This document shows positions 22,501-35,899 of a DNA stretch of 64,000 bases, one piece after another. Made by a program: the position numbers and the translations under genes. A model generated the notes under the pieces. The model ran no database searches. It was given only the letters and a program-made list of their open reading frames with translations, and was not told the origin of the DNA. Source of the stretch: Hypanus sabinus. Taxonomy: Eukaryota. Position 1 is the stretch's first letter. The number at the start of each line of letters is the position of its first letter. Where the stretch lies: positions 62,001 through 126,000 of the forward strand of contig NW_026779196.1 in the NCBI RefSeq assembly GCF_030144855.1, given 5' to 3'.

Positions 22501-23549
22501 ATGATTTTTCGGGCTGCTATCTTAAACACCGACTGAGGGACATTTGCTGTGAACTCTGGACATCATAGTCCGCAATCCTGGGACAGTCCTGCTCTCTTCC
22601 CTCTCTCTCAGCCCCGCGATCCGTACACGGGCCCCGGGGAGCTTCCGGCCGCTAAGGGAATGGGAACCGATGGATCTCTCAGACAGAGCTGAGCTCCAGC
22701 TATCTAAAATGCAAGGATTAGGAACTCGGAGAAAGGGAACAAAATCTTTTACATCAGCAGTTGAGAAAATCACCTTTGTTCTATCTCCGATCACAAACAA
22801 GAGAAAATGTGCAGATGCTGGAAATCCAAGCAACACACACAAAATGCCGGAGGAACTCAGCATTAGGACTTTTTTCAATAGATGCTGCCTGGCCTGCTGA
22901 GCTCCTCCAGTATTTTGTGTCAGTTGCTTGAGCTACCTCCTCTAGTTCTGCACTTTTCTACCGGTGAGAACATGTTTTGTCCCGTTCTCTCTGGGTACGT
23001 AATGATATCAAACACCTTTGCCCTGGGCAACAAGTAGCTTTCACATCACAAATGTGCCAGACTCCAGTGAGGCAGACTACTGCCCTTCCCTTCATATTCA
23101 TTGGCATTGCATTCACTGAGTTCACCACCATCAGTCACTTGGGAGAGGGTTCAGGGGAAATATTTATATACAATACAGAAACTGGTGTTACAGTATTGTG
23201 GTGATGCAAAATTTGCTGGAGAATTTGCAAGTGGGGAGTGATATTTGGAAATCTGACCTTTGAAAGTATCATTTAGCAAGCAAATCACATATGGACGGTT
23301 TGCAAAAGTTCTAGTGAGAAAATCCTTCATAACCCACAACAGGCCTGTTACATAGTTTGTGTGAGAGTGCCCATGAACTCGATCAAACCCAGAGGAGATC
23401 AAAGTTTTTATCGACAGTGATTTGCTAGCTGTTAAAAGAAATACCTCCCTATTTAAAATTCAGTGTGCACGTCTTGTTGTCAGTGGGTAAAAATTGCACA
23501 GCACAAGGTGTTTTGGCACACCGGTCATTACAAATTAGACGGGACATTG

Positions 23550-26500
23550 GTGGGAAGGTGGGGAGACTTCCAGTGCCCCTGATACCATCACCTATAAGAT
23601 GTGCATCCAGCTGCAGCCTGTAACCCTGAGCTTTAAGGAGCTGGAGCTGGAAATGGATGAATTCTGGATCATCTAGGAGTTGGAGGGGGTGATAGTTATA
23701 ACATCAAGAGAGGTGAGTTACACCCAAGGTGCAGGACACAGTAAACTGGGTGAGAGTCAGGAAGGGGAATGAGGTTAAATAGCCATCACAGAGTACTCTT
23801 GGGGTCATCTCATACAACAACAGGTAGACCACTTTGTAAACTGTTGGGGGGATTACCTGGCAGAGGAAAGTCAAATGTCCATATGTTCTCAACCCCAGAT
23901 CCATTGATATCAATAGGGGTTAGCCTGTCTCCATTCCTTTTGTAGTCCACAACCAGTTCCCTTGCTTTTGTGACATTGAGGGAGAGGTTGCTTTCTTGAC
24001 ACCCAGACAGATGTTGTTCAGAACTCAGATAGAGTCAGCAGACAAAAGGTTGAGCATGGTGCGATGAATGTGCTGAGCTGTGCATATCACAATGCAAGAA
24101 GCATCGTAGGAACGCCCGATGAGCTCAGGACAGGGAATTGTGATATTGTAGCCATTATTGGGACTTGGTTGCACCGAATACTCTGAGAGATTTAGAGGAG
24201 CAAACTTTGCAGAGATTGCAGTCTATGCTAAAAAAACAGTAAGCGATACAGTAAGCGATTTTAACTTTTTATATATTTAAGGACCAAATGGGGTAGAGTT
24301 TGTCAAATGTGCCCTTAATCAGGATGTAGAATTCCCGATGTAGAAGTGTGCAATAAGCTGTTAGGAAATGATCCATTGTTAGTGACTGAAATTAGTGTAT
24401 GTAAACACTTCATATCTAGCGATCGTAACAACTTAAGAGTCCAAGTAAATATGGAAAAAAAAAAGCGGGCTGGATGATGAGCTGAGATTCTAAATTGGAG
24501 GAAGGTCAATTCTGATGGTATCAGAAAGATCTAACAAGTGTGGATTGGGACTGGCTGTTTTTCTCGAAAAGCAGTACTTGCAAGTGGGAGTTCTTCAGAA
24601 GTGAGGGTATAGAGTTTGTATATGCCTGCCAAAATAAAAGTTGTAAGGTAACTGGTGCAGGGAACCGTGGTTTTCAAGAGATATTGAGGTCCCGGGTATT
24701 TTGTTCCTCTAAATGTCTCAGACTGCTGGGTGCTACCAAGAATCATTAATGGCTACAGTATCATAATGCCACGCCCTGAGCTCATCTGACTTTTTGTTTT
24801 AGAAACTTTGTTTCTAAAGCTTCCTAATAGTTTTTGCTCTTTTGTTTGCCCGCTCTTAGGTGTTTCTGTTGGCTTTGTCTTCTTATTCCAGCCACGGTTG
24901 TGTCCTCCTGCCATTTCAATGCTTCCACTTCTTTGGGATGTATCGATCACTCAGTTCCCGAATTGCTCCCGGAAACTCCAGCCATTGCTGCTCCATTGTC
25001 AATCCTACCTTTTCCCTTCCAAACAAGTTTGGCCAGCTTCTCTGTTATAGAAATGTGGAGAAGTTCAGTACAGGAACAGGCTATTTAGCCCATTTTGTCA
25101 ATGCCAAAAGAACATTAAAGCTTTCTAATGCAACTACCTGCACTGGAACCATCGGCCTCCATACCCCTACCATCCAGGCTCCCATCCAAACTTTTCTTAA
25201 GTGGTAAAATTGAGCTCATGTTCACCACTCGTGCTGGCTTCTTTTCCACACTCTCACGGCCAATTCAATGAAGAGGTTTTACACATATTCCCCATAAATT
25301 TCACCTCCCCACTTAACCCATCACTTCTGGTTGTCATCACACTTAACATCAGTTGAAAAAGCCTGCTTGAATTTACCTGTTCTATGCCCTTATATTTTTT
25401 CTACACAGGAACATAGAAAACCTACAGCACAATACAGGCCTTTTGGCCCACAAAGCTGTCCCAAACATATCCTTACCTTCGCCAAGGCCCTCTAATTTTC
25501 TAAGCTCCAGGTATTCATCCAGGAGTCCCTTAAAAGACCCTTTCGCTTCTGCGTCCACCAGGGCTGCTCACCAATCTCTGTGTAAAAAAAAACTAACTTC
25601 GATACTTTGAACAATTCCTCAATGCAATGGATAATTTCCTTGTCTCTGTTTAGTGCATTTTTTAGGTGTATAAGATGATGAGGGGCATTGATCGTGTGGA
25701 TAGCCAGAGGTTTATTCTCAGGGTTGAAATGGCTAACATGAGGGGGCATAGTTTTAAGGTACTTGAAAATAGATACCGAAGGGATGTCAGGGTTATTTTT
25801 TTTTTGCACAGAAAGTGGTGGGTCTGTGTAATGCACTGCCAGCAGCGGTGGTCAATGCAGATACAATAGGGTCTTTTAACAGCCTCTTAGATAGGAATAT
25901 GGTGCTTAGAAAAATAGAAGTCTATGCTCTTCGGAAATTCTACGCAGTTTCTAGAGTAAGTTACATGGTTGGCACAACATTGTGGGCTGAATGGCCTGGA
26001 ACAATAGACAATAGATAGTAGGTGCAGGAGTAGGCCTTTCAGACCTGCTAGCCAGCACTGCCATTCACTGTGATCATGGCTGATCATACACTTTCAGTAA
26101 CCCATTCCTGCCCTCTCTCCATATCCCTTCACCCCACTATAAGATGTCTATCTAACTCTCTCTTAAATGCATTCAGAGACTTGGCCTCCACTGCCTTCTG
26201 GGGCAGAGCATTCCACATATCCACCACTCTCTGGGTGAAAAAGTTTAGGCATCTCTGTTCTAAATGGCCTACCCCTTATTCTTAAACTGTGGCCTCAAGT
26301 TCTGGACTCACCCATCAGCGGGAACTTTCTTACTGCCTCCAGTGTGTCCAATCCCTTAATAATCTTATAAGTTTCAATCAGATCCACTCTCATCCTTCAA
26401 AATTCAAGTGTATACAAGCCCAGTGGCTCCAATCTGTCAACATATGACAGTCCCACCATTCCAGGGATTAATCTTGTGAACCTGCGCTGCACTCCCTCAA

Positions 26501-27430
26501 TAGCAAGAATATCCTTCCGCAAATTTGGAGACCAAAACTGCACACAATACTCCAGAACATGCTGTAGATTTCTATGTTCTAGGTTGAACAGCGAAATCAC
26601 TTTTTTTCTTTAATCTGTGCAGGGTCCATGATTTTAATGCCAGTTTTCCACACTCCCATAGAGCCTTTCTCCATCTCCTGAGTAAACATAGATGAAAAAT
26701 TATTTAAGATCTCCCCCATGTGCTTTCGTTCCACAAGTGGATCACCATTCCGGTCTTCCAGAGGACCAGCTTTGTGCCTTACAATCCTTTTGCTCTTGAT
26801 CTATCTGGAGAATCCCTGTGGATTATCATTCATCATTTCTGCAGGACAATCTCATGCCATCTGGATTTATTTCTTATGTGTTCTCTTGCATTTCTTATCC
26901 TGCCTATCCCTGTTATACAACTTCATTTTATGCTTCACCAGGGTCTCAATATCCCTTGAAATCCAAGGTTCCCTACAGTTTTTTATCTTCACTTTTTATT
27001 CTGAGAAGCAAATTCCCCCTTTGTACTTTAAAAATTTGGCTTTGAAGGACTCCCATTTACCAAACACACCTTTGCCATAAAGCAGCCTGACCCAGTCCAC
27101 AGTTGCCAGATCCTAGTATCTTAATTCAAGCCCTGAACACATCCACCTTTCCTACGCTGCTCCTTGTATTGAAATATACAGGGCTCAGCATATTCACTGC
27201 ACCATGCTCAACTTTTTCATTCCTGACTTTGTCGGAGGACTGAACACCAACTGTCTCCATCACCCCTCCACTATCTGTTCTATTATTCAGGCTCCCATTC
27301 CCCCTGCAAGTTTAGTTTAGCCCCCCTTACCCCCACCTCCCTCCATGCAGATCTATCACCCCTTTGGCTTTCCTCTCCCAGATCAATGAAAAGGAGGTGC
27401 ATACCAGGTACAGGCAGATAGGAACAAATG
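23550..27430. mobile_element. Patchwork of CR1 fragments plus a short Rex1 fragment (ZNF-B intron)
   Basis: CR1 motifs including LEYCVQFWSP..EGVQRRFTRLIPG and YKMMRGIDRVD. Confidence 0.7.
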
Positions 27431-27439
27431 GGGTACTTA

Positions 27440-29170
27440 TGAAATACAGGAAATTCAAGTGAACACATATGAAAAAAATAAAAGGAGGCATGAGCTTGCC
27501 TGGGCAGCGAAGGTGAAGGAGAATCCTCAGGGATTCTGCAGATATGTTTAGAGCAAATAGATTGCAAGGGAAAAAATTAATCCTTTGCATCAGAATGGTA
27601 ATCCATATGAGGAGACAAAGTAGATGGGGGAGATTATTTTTGCATCCGTATTTACACTGGAGATGGACACAGAGTCTATAGAAGTGAGGCAAAGCAGCAA
27701 CAACTTCTTAAGGCAAATTAGTGTGGATAAATCTGGGACTCTGGGACTCTGCGGAGGACAAGTGCAGAAACTGTCAGGGCACAAGCAGAGATATTTAAAT
27801 AATCCTCAGTGGCAGGTGAGGTATTGGAGGATTGGAGGACACTGTTTGAGAAAGGCTCTAAAAATAAACTAGGAAATTGTACATTGATGAGCTTGACATC
27901 AGTAGTGACGTTATGTGCTGGACCAGGACAAGTATTTGGATAGATGTGGACTGATTAAGGATAGACAGCATGGCTATGTGCATGGCAGGTCATTTCTAAC
28001 TAATCTTATAGAGTCTCTCGAGGAAGTTATCAGGGAAGTGGATGAAGGCAAGGCAGTGGATGTTGTCTACATGGACTTTAGCAAGACACTTGACAAAGTC
28101 TCATATGGGAGGTTGGTCAAGAAGGTTCAGTCAATCAGCATTCAAGATGAGATAGTAAATTGGATGAGACACTGACTTTGGCAGAAGCCAGAGTGTGGTA
28201 GCAGATGGTTGCCTCTCTGACTGGAGGCCTCTGATTAGTGGTGTGCCACAGGGATCAGTGCTGGATCTGTTGCTGTTTGTCATCTATATCAGTATTCTAG
28301 AGGATAGTGTGTTTAACTGTATTAGCAGATCTGTAGATGAAACGAAGATTGGTGGTGTAGTGGTCAGCGAGGAGGACTATCATGGCTTGCAGTGTTATCT
28401 GGACCCACTGGGAAAATGGATTGAGAAATGGAAAATGGAATTTAATGCAGACAAGTGTGAGTTGTTGAACTTTGGTCTGACCTACCAAGGGAGGTCTTTC
28501 AGAGTGACTGGTCGGGCACAGAGGAGTGTTGTAGAAGAAAGGGACCTGGGAATACAAGTCCTTAATTCACTGAAAGTGTTATCACGGTTAGATAGAGACG
28601 GAAAAAAAGATTTCAGCCCATTGGCTTTGATGAACCAAATACTGACAATAGATGGATGTTATGTTGACTTGTAGAAGACATTGGTGAGGCCTAATTTGGA
28701 TTATTGTGTGCAGTTTTGGTCACCTACCTACAGGAAAGATGTAAAAGAGTTTCAGAGAGTTCAGAGAAATTTCACAAGGATGTTGCCAGGTCTGGAGGGC
28801 TTGGATTATAAGGAAAGATTGAACAGGTCAGGACTTTATTCTCTGGAATGTAGAAGATTGAGGGGAGATTTGATTGTGGTAGAGGGGCATAGATAGCGTA
28901 AATGCAAGCTGGCTTTCTCCACTGAGACAACAAGAGGCCATGGGTTAAGGGTGAAACATGAAACGTTAAGGGAAGCATGAGGGGAACTTCTTCACACAGA
29001 CGGTCTTCCGGATGTGGAATGAGCAGCTAGCACAAGTGGTGCATGCGAGCTTGATTTTAACATTTAAGAGGTTCGTGTAGGTACCTGGATTGGGAGTGGG
29101 CAGTTTAAATAGTTCAGCACAAACTAGATGGCCCAAAGGGCCTGTTTCTGTGTTGAAATTTGCTATGACT
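27440..29170 (+). mobile_element. CR1 LINE, RT to 3' end, degenerate
   Basis: QHG..GRSxLTNL, VDVVYMDFSK, GVPQGSVL, MEFNADKC and LDYCVQFWSP. Confidence 0.9.
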
Positions 29171-29539
29171 GTGACAACAACCTGAAATAATACAAAAATT
29201 CACCCTAAGTCCTTTTAACAGCTGTGCGGACCAACCAGTCATTTCAGCAGGAATTTTTATATGGCGTTAAAACTGTGGCACATTAAGTTAATAATACATA
29301 AAAGAAAATCCCAGCTGCACGTCAAGAGACTATTTGTGTGAGACTGTTTCAGTTACTGTGGGGCCAGGCACCCATGCAGCTCAGCAGGAACAGGGAGTAA
29401 TACCAATGGAGAGAGTCAAACTGAGCCAGGGTATAAACTGGAGATGGCAAAAATGCCCCATTCTTATAGAGACAGGAAGAACATCAGAGAATTGATGGTC
29501 ATTCCAGATACCAGCACTCTGCCCAGTCAGGAGAAGATT

Positions 29540-30560
29540 TTAGACAGACAGACATACTTTATTGATCCCGAGGGAATTTGGATTTTGTTACAGTTGCACC
29601 AACCAAGAATAGAGTAGAAATATAGCAAAATAAAACCAAAAATAATTAAATGATAATAAGTTATGCAAAGTGGAAATAAGTCCAGGACCAGCCTATTGGC
29701 TCAGAGTGTCTGACATTCTGAAGGAGGAGTTGTAAAGTTTGACGGCCACAGGCTGGAATGACTTCCTGTGACACTCAGTGTTGCATCTCAGTGGAATGAG
29801 TCTCTGTCTGAATGTACTCCTGTGCCTAACCAGTACATTATAGAATGGATGGGAGACATTTTCCAAGATGGCATGCAACTTGGACAGCATCAACTTTTCA
29901 GACACCACCGTCAGAGAGTCGAGTTCCACCCCCACAACATCACTGGTCTTACGAGTGAGTTTGTTGATTCTGTTGCTGTCTGCTTCCCTCAGTCTACTGC
30001 CCCAGCACACAACAGCAAACATGATAGCACTGGCCACTGTAGACTCGTAGAACATCCTCAGCATCATCTGGCAGATGTTAAAGGACCTCAGTCTCCTCAG
30101 GAAATAGAGACGGCTTTGACCATTCTTGTAGACAGCCTCAGAGTTCTTTGACCAGTCCAGTTTATTGTCAATTCGTATCCCCAGGTACTTGTAATCCTCC
30201 ACCATGTTCACAGTGACCCTTTGGATGGAAACAGGGGTATCTGATGCCTTAACCCCCTTCAGGTCCACCACCAGCTCCTTAGTCTTTTTCACATTAAGCT
30301 GCAGATGATTCTGCTCACACCATGTGACAGTTTTCCCACTGTAGCCCTGTACTCAGCCTCATCTCCCTTGCTGATGCATCCAACGATGGTAGAGTCATCA
30401 GAAAACTTCTGAAGATGGCAAGACTCTGTGGTGTAGTTGAAGTCTGAGGTATAGATGATGAAGACAAAGGGAGACAGGACAGTCCCCTGTGGAGCCCCAG
30501 TGTTGCTGACCACTCTGTCTGACGCACAGTATTGCAAGCGCACATACTGTGGTCTGCCAG
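29540..30560 (-). mobile_element. Rex1/Babar-type LINE, 5'-truncated
   Basis: NTGAPQGTVLSP, QKFSDD, KTKELVVD, YKYLG and RLYFLRRLRSF motifs, with a (TGTC)n tail at about 29542-29555. It splits intron sequence that is contiguous in ZNF-A and ZNF-C. Confidence 0.9.
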
Positions 30561-31098
30561 TATTTATCTGTCTAACTTGGGATTAACCTCACTGTAACAG
30601 TGTGATACCAGATCAAAGCTTGGCAACACAAGTAATCTCATCTGTAATGTTGTCCTAAACCCATTGATGGATTCTGTATATCTTTTTACAGGTTAAAAAT
30701 GAGAAGAAATTTGTCTCCAGGAAGCTCAAACATGGCACACCAGTTTTGTTGACTCTGTCTAGATATTTAATAAGTGGAGCAAGGGATTCAATCGACCATC
30801 CTTCCTACTCACACTGTGGGGAGGGATTAACTTGGTCATTTGACCAACTGGCAAGCCCGTCATTTTACACAGGAGAAAGGCCATTCACTTGCTCAGAAAG
30901 TGGGAATGGATTCACTCAGTTATCTCAATTGGAAGGTACAAGTTCACACTGGGCAAGGCCATTCATCTGTTCTGTGTGTGAGAAAGGATTCAGTTGGTCT
31001 TCCCACCTGTGAACACACCAGTCAGTTCACACCACACTGGGCAGAGGCTGGTCATCTGCTGAATTTCTGGGAAAGGATTCACTCAGTCATTTGACCTA

Positions 31099-32739
31099 AT
31101 GGCTCACCAGCGAGTTCACACCAGGGAGCGGCCGTTCACCTGCTCAGTCTGTGATAAGAGATTCACTCACTCTTCCACCCTATGGAAACACCAGCGAGTT
31201 CATACTGGGGAGAAGCCATACATCTGCTCAGTCTGTGGGAAGAGATTCACTGAGTCATCCACCCTACTGGTACATCAGCGAGTTCACACTGGGGAGAAGC
31301 CGTTCACCTGCTCTGTCTGTGGGAAGGGATTTACTCGGTTATCCCACCTACAGAGTCACGAGCGAGTTCACACTGGGGAGAGGCCTTTCACCTGCTCAGT
31401 ATGTGGGAAGGGATTCACTGATCCATCCAACCTACAGAGACATCAGCGAGTTCACACTGGGGAGAAGCCGTTCATCTGCTCAGAATGTGGGAAAGAATTC
31501 ACTGAGTTATCCAACCTGCAGAGTCACCAGCGAGTTCACACTGGGGAGAAACCGTTCACCTGCTCAGAGTGTGGGAAAGGATTCACTGATTCATCCACCC
31601 TACAGAGTCATCAGCGAGTTCACACTGGAGAGAAGCCGTTCACCTGCTCAGAATGTGGGAAAGGGTTCACTCATTTATCCAACCTACGGAGACACCAGAG
31701 AGTTCACACTGGGGAGAAGCCATTTACCTGCTCAGAATGTGGTAAAGGATTCAGTGAGTCATCCACCCTACTGGTACATCAGCGAGTTCACACTGGGGAG
31801 AAGCCGTTCACCTGCTCAGAATGTGGGAAAGGATTTACTGCTTCATCCACCCTGCATAGTCACCAGCGCGTTCACACTGGGCAGAAGCCTTTCACCTGCT
31901 CAGTCTGTGGGAAAGGATTCACTCGGTCATCCAACCTACAGAGTCATCAGCAAGTTCACACTGGAGAGAGGCCATTCACCTGCTCAGTCTGTGGGAAGAG
32001 ATTCTCTCATTCATCCACCCTACAGAATCATCAGCGAGTTCACACTGGGGAGAAGCCATTCACCTGCTCAGTCTGTGGGAAGAGATTCACTCAGTCATCC
32101 CAAGTACAGAGTCATCTGCGAGTTCACACTGGGGAGAAGCCGTTCACCTGTTCAGAATGTGGGAAGGGATTTACTCAGTTATCCCAACTACTGAGTCATC
32201 AGCGAGTTCACACTAGGGAGAAGCCGTTCACCTGCTCAGTCTGTGGGAAGGGATTCACTGATCCATCCAACCTACAGAGTCATCAGCGAGTTCACACTGG
32301 GAAGAAGCCGTTCACCTGTTCAGAATGTGGGAAGGGATTTGCACAGTCATCCCAACTACTGAGTCATCAGCGAGTTCATACTGATGAGAGACCATTCCCC
32401 TGCTCAGTCTGTGGAAAGAGATTCACACATTCATCCACCCTACAGAGACACCAGCGAGTTCACACTGGGGAGAAGCCATTCACCTGCTCAGTCTGTGGGA
32501 AGAGATTCACTCGGTCATCTGACCTACAGAGTCATCATCGAATTCACACTGGGAAGAAGCCATTCACTTGCTCAGAATGTGGGAAGAGATTCACTCATTC
32601 ATCCACCCTACAGAATCACCAGCGAGTTCACACTGGGGAGAGGCCATTCCCCTGCTCAGTATGTGGGAAGAGATTCACTCGCTCTTCCACCCTGCAGAGA
32701 CATCAGCAAGTTCACAATGGGGAGTGGCCATTGTTATGA
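31099..32739 (+). CDS. Tandem C2H2 zinc-finger protein ZNF-B (19 fingers, 546 aa)
   Basis: Uninterrupted finger ORF with TGEKP linkers. Likely exon acceptor tttttacag at 30690-30691. Confidence 0.93.
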   Translation: MAHQRVHTRERPFTCSVCDKRFTHSSTLWKHQRVHTGEKPYICSVCGKRFTESSTLLVHQRVHTGEKPFTCSVCGKGFTRLSHLQSHERVHTGERPFTCSVCGKGFTDPSNLQRHQRVHTGEKPFICSECGKEFTELSNLQSHQRVHTGEKPFTCSECGKGFTDSSTLQSHQRVHTGEKPFTCSECGKGFTHLSNLRRHQRVHTGEKPFTCSECGKGFSESSTLLVHQRVHTGEKPFTCSECGKGFTASSTLHSHQRVHTGQKPFTCSVCGKGFTRSSNLQSHQQVHTGERPFTCSVCGKRFSHSSTLQNHQRVHTGEKPFTCSVCGKRFTQSSQVQSHLRVHTGEKPFTCSECGKGFTQLSQLLSHQRVHTREKPFTCSVCGKGFTDPSNLQSHQRVHTGKKPFTCSECGKGFAQSSQLLSHQRVHTDERPFPCSVCGKRFTHSSTLQRHQRVHTGEKPFTCSVCGKRFTRSSDLQSHHRIHTGKKPFTCSECGKRFTHSSTLQNHQRVHTGERPFPCSVCGKRFTRSSTLQRHQQVHNGEWPLL

Positions 32740-33960
32740 ATCCCTAGGTTTCATTTGCTGTGGACTGTCATTTGAAGAGAGAGACAGATATTAAGAAGGT
32801 GAATCAGTCTGACTTACAGCTTATTTACATCGCTCGCAGCTTGTTTAGTTTTAACCGATGACACAGACACTCAGAGTCAGAAGGAGGAAAAACGGAAGGA
32901 TCAAAATCCAGGAACCAGCGGCCAAGGGTCTGATGCGCCATCAATAACTCTCGGAGACCTGAGGCGAGATATGGGCTTTTATTAGCTGAAAAATTGAACA
33001 CTCTCAGCAGCAGAACAGCAAGAGATCAAAGAGCCGTTCCTCCAATCTCCTTTATACAGGGGTCTGTGGGAGGACATAGGAGCAGTCAGCAAGGGGGGGG
33101 GGGGGGCGTGTCCAGTCAGGTATATGTAGTTCACCACAGGGTCGCTCTTTAGAACTTTCCTATGCCCACAATGGTAGGTTAATTATCAATTCACCATACT
33201 TCGAATGTGTGGTTGTGACCCTGTTTGATCCATATCAGTGGATCTGTTTTGAGGTATCCTGTGAAGACCACTGACGTCTTAACCCTTGCCTAGATGTGGT
33301 GTGGTAATTCATTTGAAGACAATACCCCTTGTGACAAGTCACTTTCGGTAATAATTCATATGTGGATTTGGAATGATGACAGATAAAGTATACAGCAACT
33401 GTCCTCTCATTTTACCACCATGGAACCTGTGGAATTTGACATAATTGCCTTCTCTTGATATTTACCCTGGATTACAAATATCTCTTATCATCTATTCTGT
33501 GGATGAACTGAACTTTCGCACTTTACCATCTCAAGACTCCAAGCCTTGTTTCCCCTGAGCTCAATAGTTTGGGAGTTATATTTACACACGTCTATACACA
33601 TAACACTGTTAACTTCTGTTTATCTTGTTTAATTTGCAATTTTTTTAAGTAGATTCTATTAAAGATAGTGGTTTTAACATCAAAACCAGACTCCAGGTGT
33701 AGTTTATTGCTGCTGGCTCATTTCTAAAGCATTAAGGTTCATAACAAATTTGGGGCCTGCGTCTGGGATAGGACCAAATTTGGGGTCTATTGATCGATTT
33801 ATTATCGATTTGATTGGGGAAATCCCTTTTGATTTATTTGTGTGTGGAAATCAGCAGCAATGGATACTGATAAATTTCTGGAAACGCCAACCCCTGAGGC
33901 ATTAGTAAAAGCCAAAATGAATGAATTGCTGACTGTTGCTACTGGGCTGAATCTTAAGGT
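32732..33960 (+). mobile_element. LTR retrotransposon 5' part: LTR (32732-33746), degenerate tRNA-Pro-like PBS (33751-33769), gag start (33860); possibly Gmr1-like Gypsy
   Basis: Inverted termini TGTTATGAA...TTCATAACA. TGGGGCCTGCGTCTGGGAT resembles the Pro PBS TGGGGGCTCGTCCGGGAT. The peptide MDTDKFLETPTPEALVKAKMNELLTVA is gag-like. Confidence 0.8.
32931..33138 (-). mobile_element. Nested 208-bp solo LTR
   Basis: TG...CA ends with 5-bp TSD GGGTC (32926-32930, 33139-33143). TATAAA and AATAAA are on the minus strand. Confidence 0.85.
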
Positions 33961-34649
33961 GTAAGGGTGTGTGAAGGACCAGGGTAAGTGTAAAACTGGG
34001 AGAGCAGGTAACGTTAAAAAAAAAATACATGAGTTTTTTTTTAATATAATCTAGGCATCCACTCCCTTTTGCAGAGACTGGGATCCCTGGTTCAATCGGT
34101 AATGATGTTGTGCATTTCAATGTTCACCTCTCAGTCCTCAATTCTCTAAATGAAAGGGTTATCGCATTTGATCTTTCTTCATATGATGACCCCACCACTC
34201 CAGGGATCAGTCTGGTGAATCTTCATTGCACTCTCTATAACAAACATTCTCTAACCTCTTTGTTAATCCTCTGTGGAATTAATTTCCTTTTTCTGCAGCC
34301 CCGTGTTGCCTCAACCACTCACCCTGCACCCCGTCACTATTTCCACCTTCCCACCTCCTCCCTCGCATATATCCAACTCTCGCTCCACATCTCTTGCCCC
34401 ATCCGTACCCCTCACCTCTTTTTTCTGACTATTTCTGTCCACTCTCAGTCCAGAAGGAAGGTCTCAGCCTGAAATGTTAACGGTTCATTTCTCTCCACAG
34501 ATGCTGCCCGACCCACTGAGTTCCTCCGACAGTTCGTTCTTTGGTCTATATAACCCTGTTAGTATGGGGAGTGGGATTCCAAGTAGAATCTCAACAAAAC
34601 ACGCATAATTGTCACGTTTCCCGAATCATTGGCCCCACTTGCATGTCAA

Positions 34650-35260
34650 AAGTTTGCCGGTGTTTGCCCCCATGTGTGAATCCCTCTGCTCGCCACCACC
34701 GTGTGCTCAGACGGTTCCACAGATTTCCACCGGGACAAACATCCTGTCCGCCCCTCTCACACCATCTTTTTCCTATCAATAAAATCCCTCCTCTCCCTCC
34801 CCGCGGAACCGGCATCAAACCGACGGGCCGAACGGTCTCCTCTTACTTCGAGGCGATACATCAGACTCCGGCCGCAGGAGACGCTTCACAAACGCCCCAA
34901 CTTCCCTCGGAGGGAAATTAAAATAAATCAGAAAGCGGACATTTACTCTGCTGTGATGGGGAGTTCGAGGTTGGAGTGGGGGTAACACCCTCTCGGCTTG
35001 TCCGCCTCTGCGACGGGTGGTAATGAGTGATTGACATCGTTTTGCACTAATGGGAATAGCGCAGCTCCTGAATTCTCTGCTGTCAGCGGTGAGGGAGGGA
35101 GTGGTCACGTGATTATTTCCCAGCTGTTGAACTGATAAAGCCCGAGCTCACCAGCACGCGGACGACACCGCGCACGTGAGGGCAGATCACGGTGTCAGGA
35201 GCGGGGGGGGGTCGTCGTGACGTCACCCGTGGTGGTGCGCTCACATTTAAAACCTTATGA
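34650..35260. promoter_or_regulatory. CpG-rich island with E-boxes and CRE, not assigned to a gene
   Basis: CACGTG at 35106-35111 and 35173-35178, TGACGTCA at 35218-35225, and high CpG density. Confidence 0.5.
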
Positions 35261-35749
35261 TTTCGGAGGGACAACAACATTAATCACGGGTTTCATCACT
35301 CAATCCAGTGTTGTGGGATGTAAAGTCCCCTGTTATGTGTCCGGCTGTGCCGTGTTGTTGGTGGAGTGGGCAGCGAGGTGTTTGTCTCGATTCGGGTCAC
35401 AACACCAGAATTGCCAGCGGGGTCCACACACAGTGTATTAGTCAACAGAAAACCTCTCGTCCTTGCAGTCTTTGTCTCCTGGTAAACTCAACAACCTGAC
35501 AGTGTGGACCATAGGTATCCTTCTTCACCCACCCCGTTTTTATTCACTTTATGAACATACAATCAATCCGTGCACGGTATATAATCTGTTGTTACTGTTG
35601 TGTTGTTGTGTTGCTCTGGAGCCGGAGTAATAATTATTTCGACCTCATTTACACGTGTCTGCTGAAAATGGAATTAAGCAACCCTGAATCTTGAATAAAC
35701 ATTTCAGCAGCTGAGCGTCACATTTCTGTCTGTCAGCGTTATTGCGGCA

Positions 35750-35767
35750 GAGCGCCACCTGGTGACA
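35750..35767 (-). promoter_or_regulatory. Candidate CTCF site
   Basis: Minus strand TCACCAGGTGGCGC closely matches the CTCF core. Confidence 0.45.
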
Positions 35768-35899
35768 ATGGAGTCCACAAATCAGGGTGTCCTGTTATTG
35801 CGGCAAATCACCACCAAGTGACAGTGTTGTCCACAAAAGGGGGAGGTTTACAGCGATAAGGAGGGGTGTCGGGGCTGGAAGCCAACTGCAAGCGGATGA

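Noticed and set aside
22795-22935. Long hairpin as a pre-miRNA (also 53320-53450)
   Set aside because: Explained by inverted Penelope-type terminal repeat sequence that is abundant in the window.
31151-32794. 347-aa and 136-aa overlapping ORFs in ZNF-B, and similar off-frame ORFs in A and C
   Set aside because: Shadow frames of repetitive finger codons, with no independent coding evidence.
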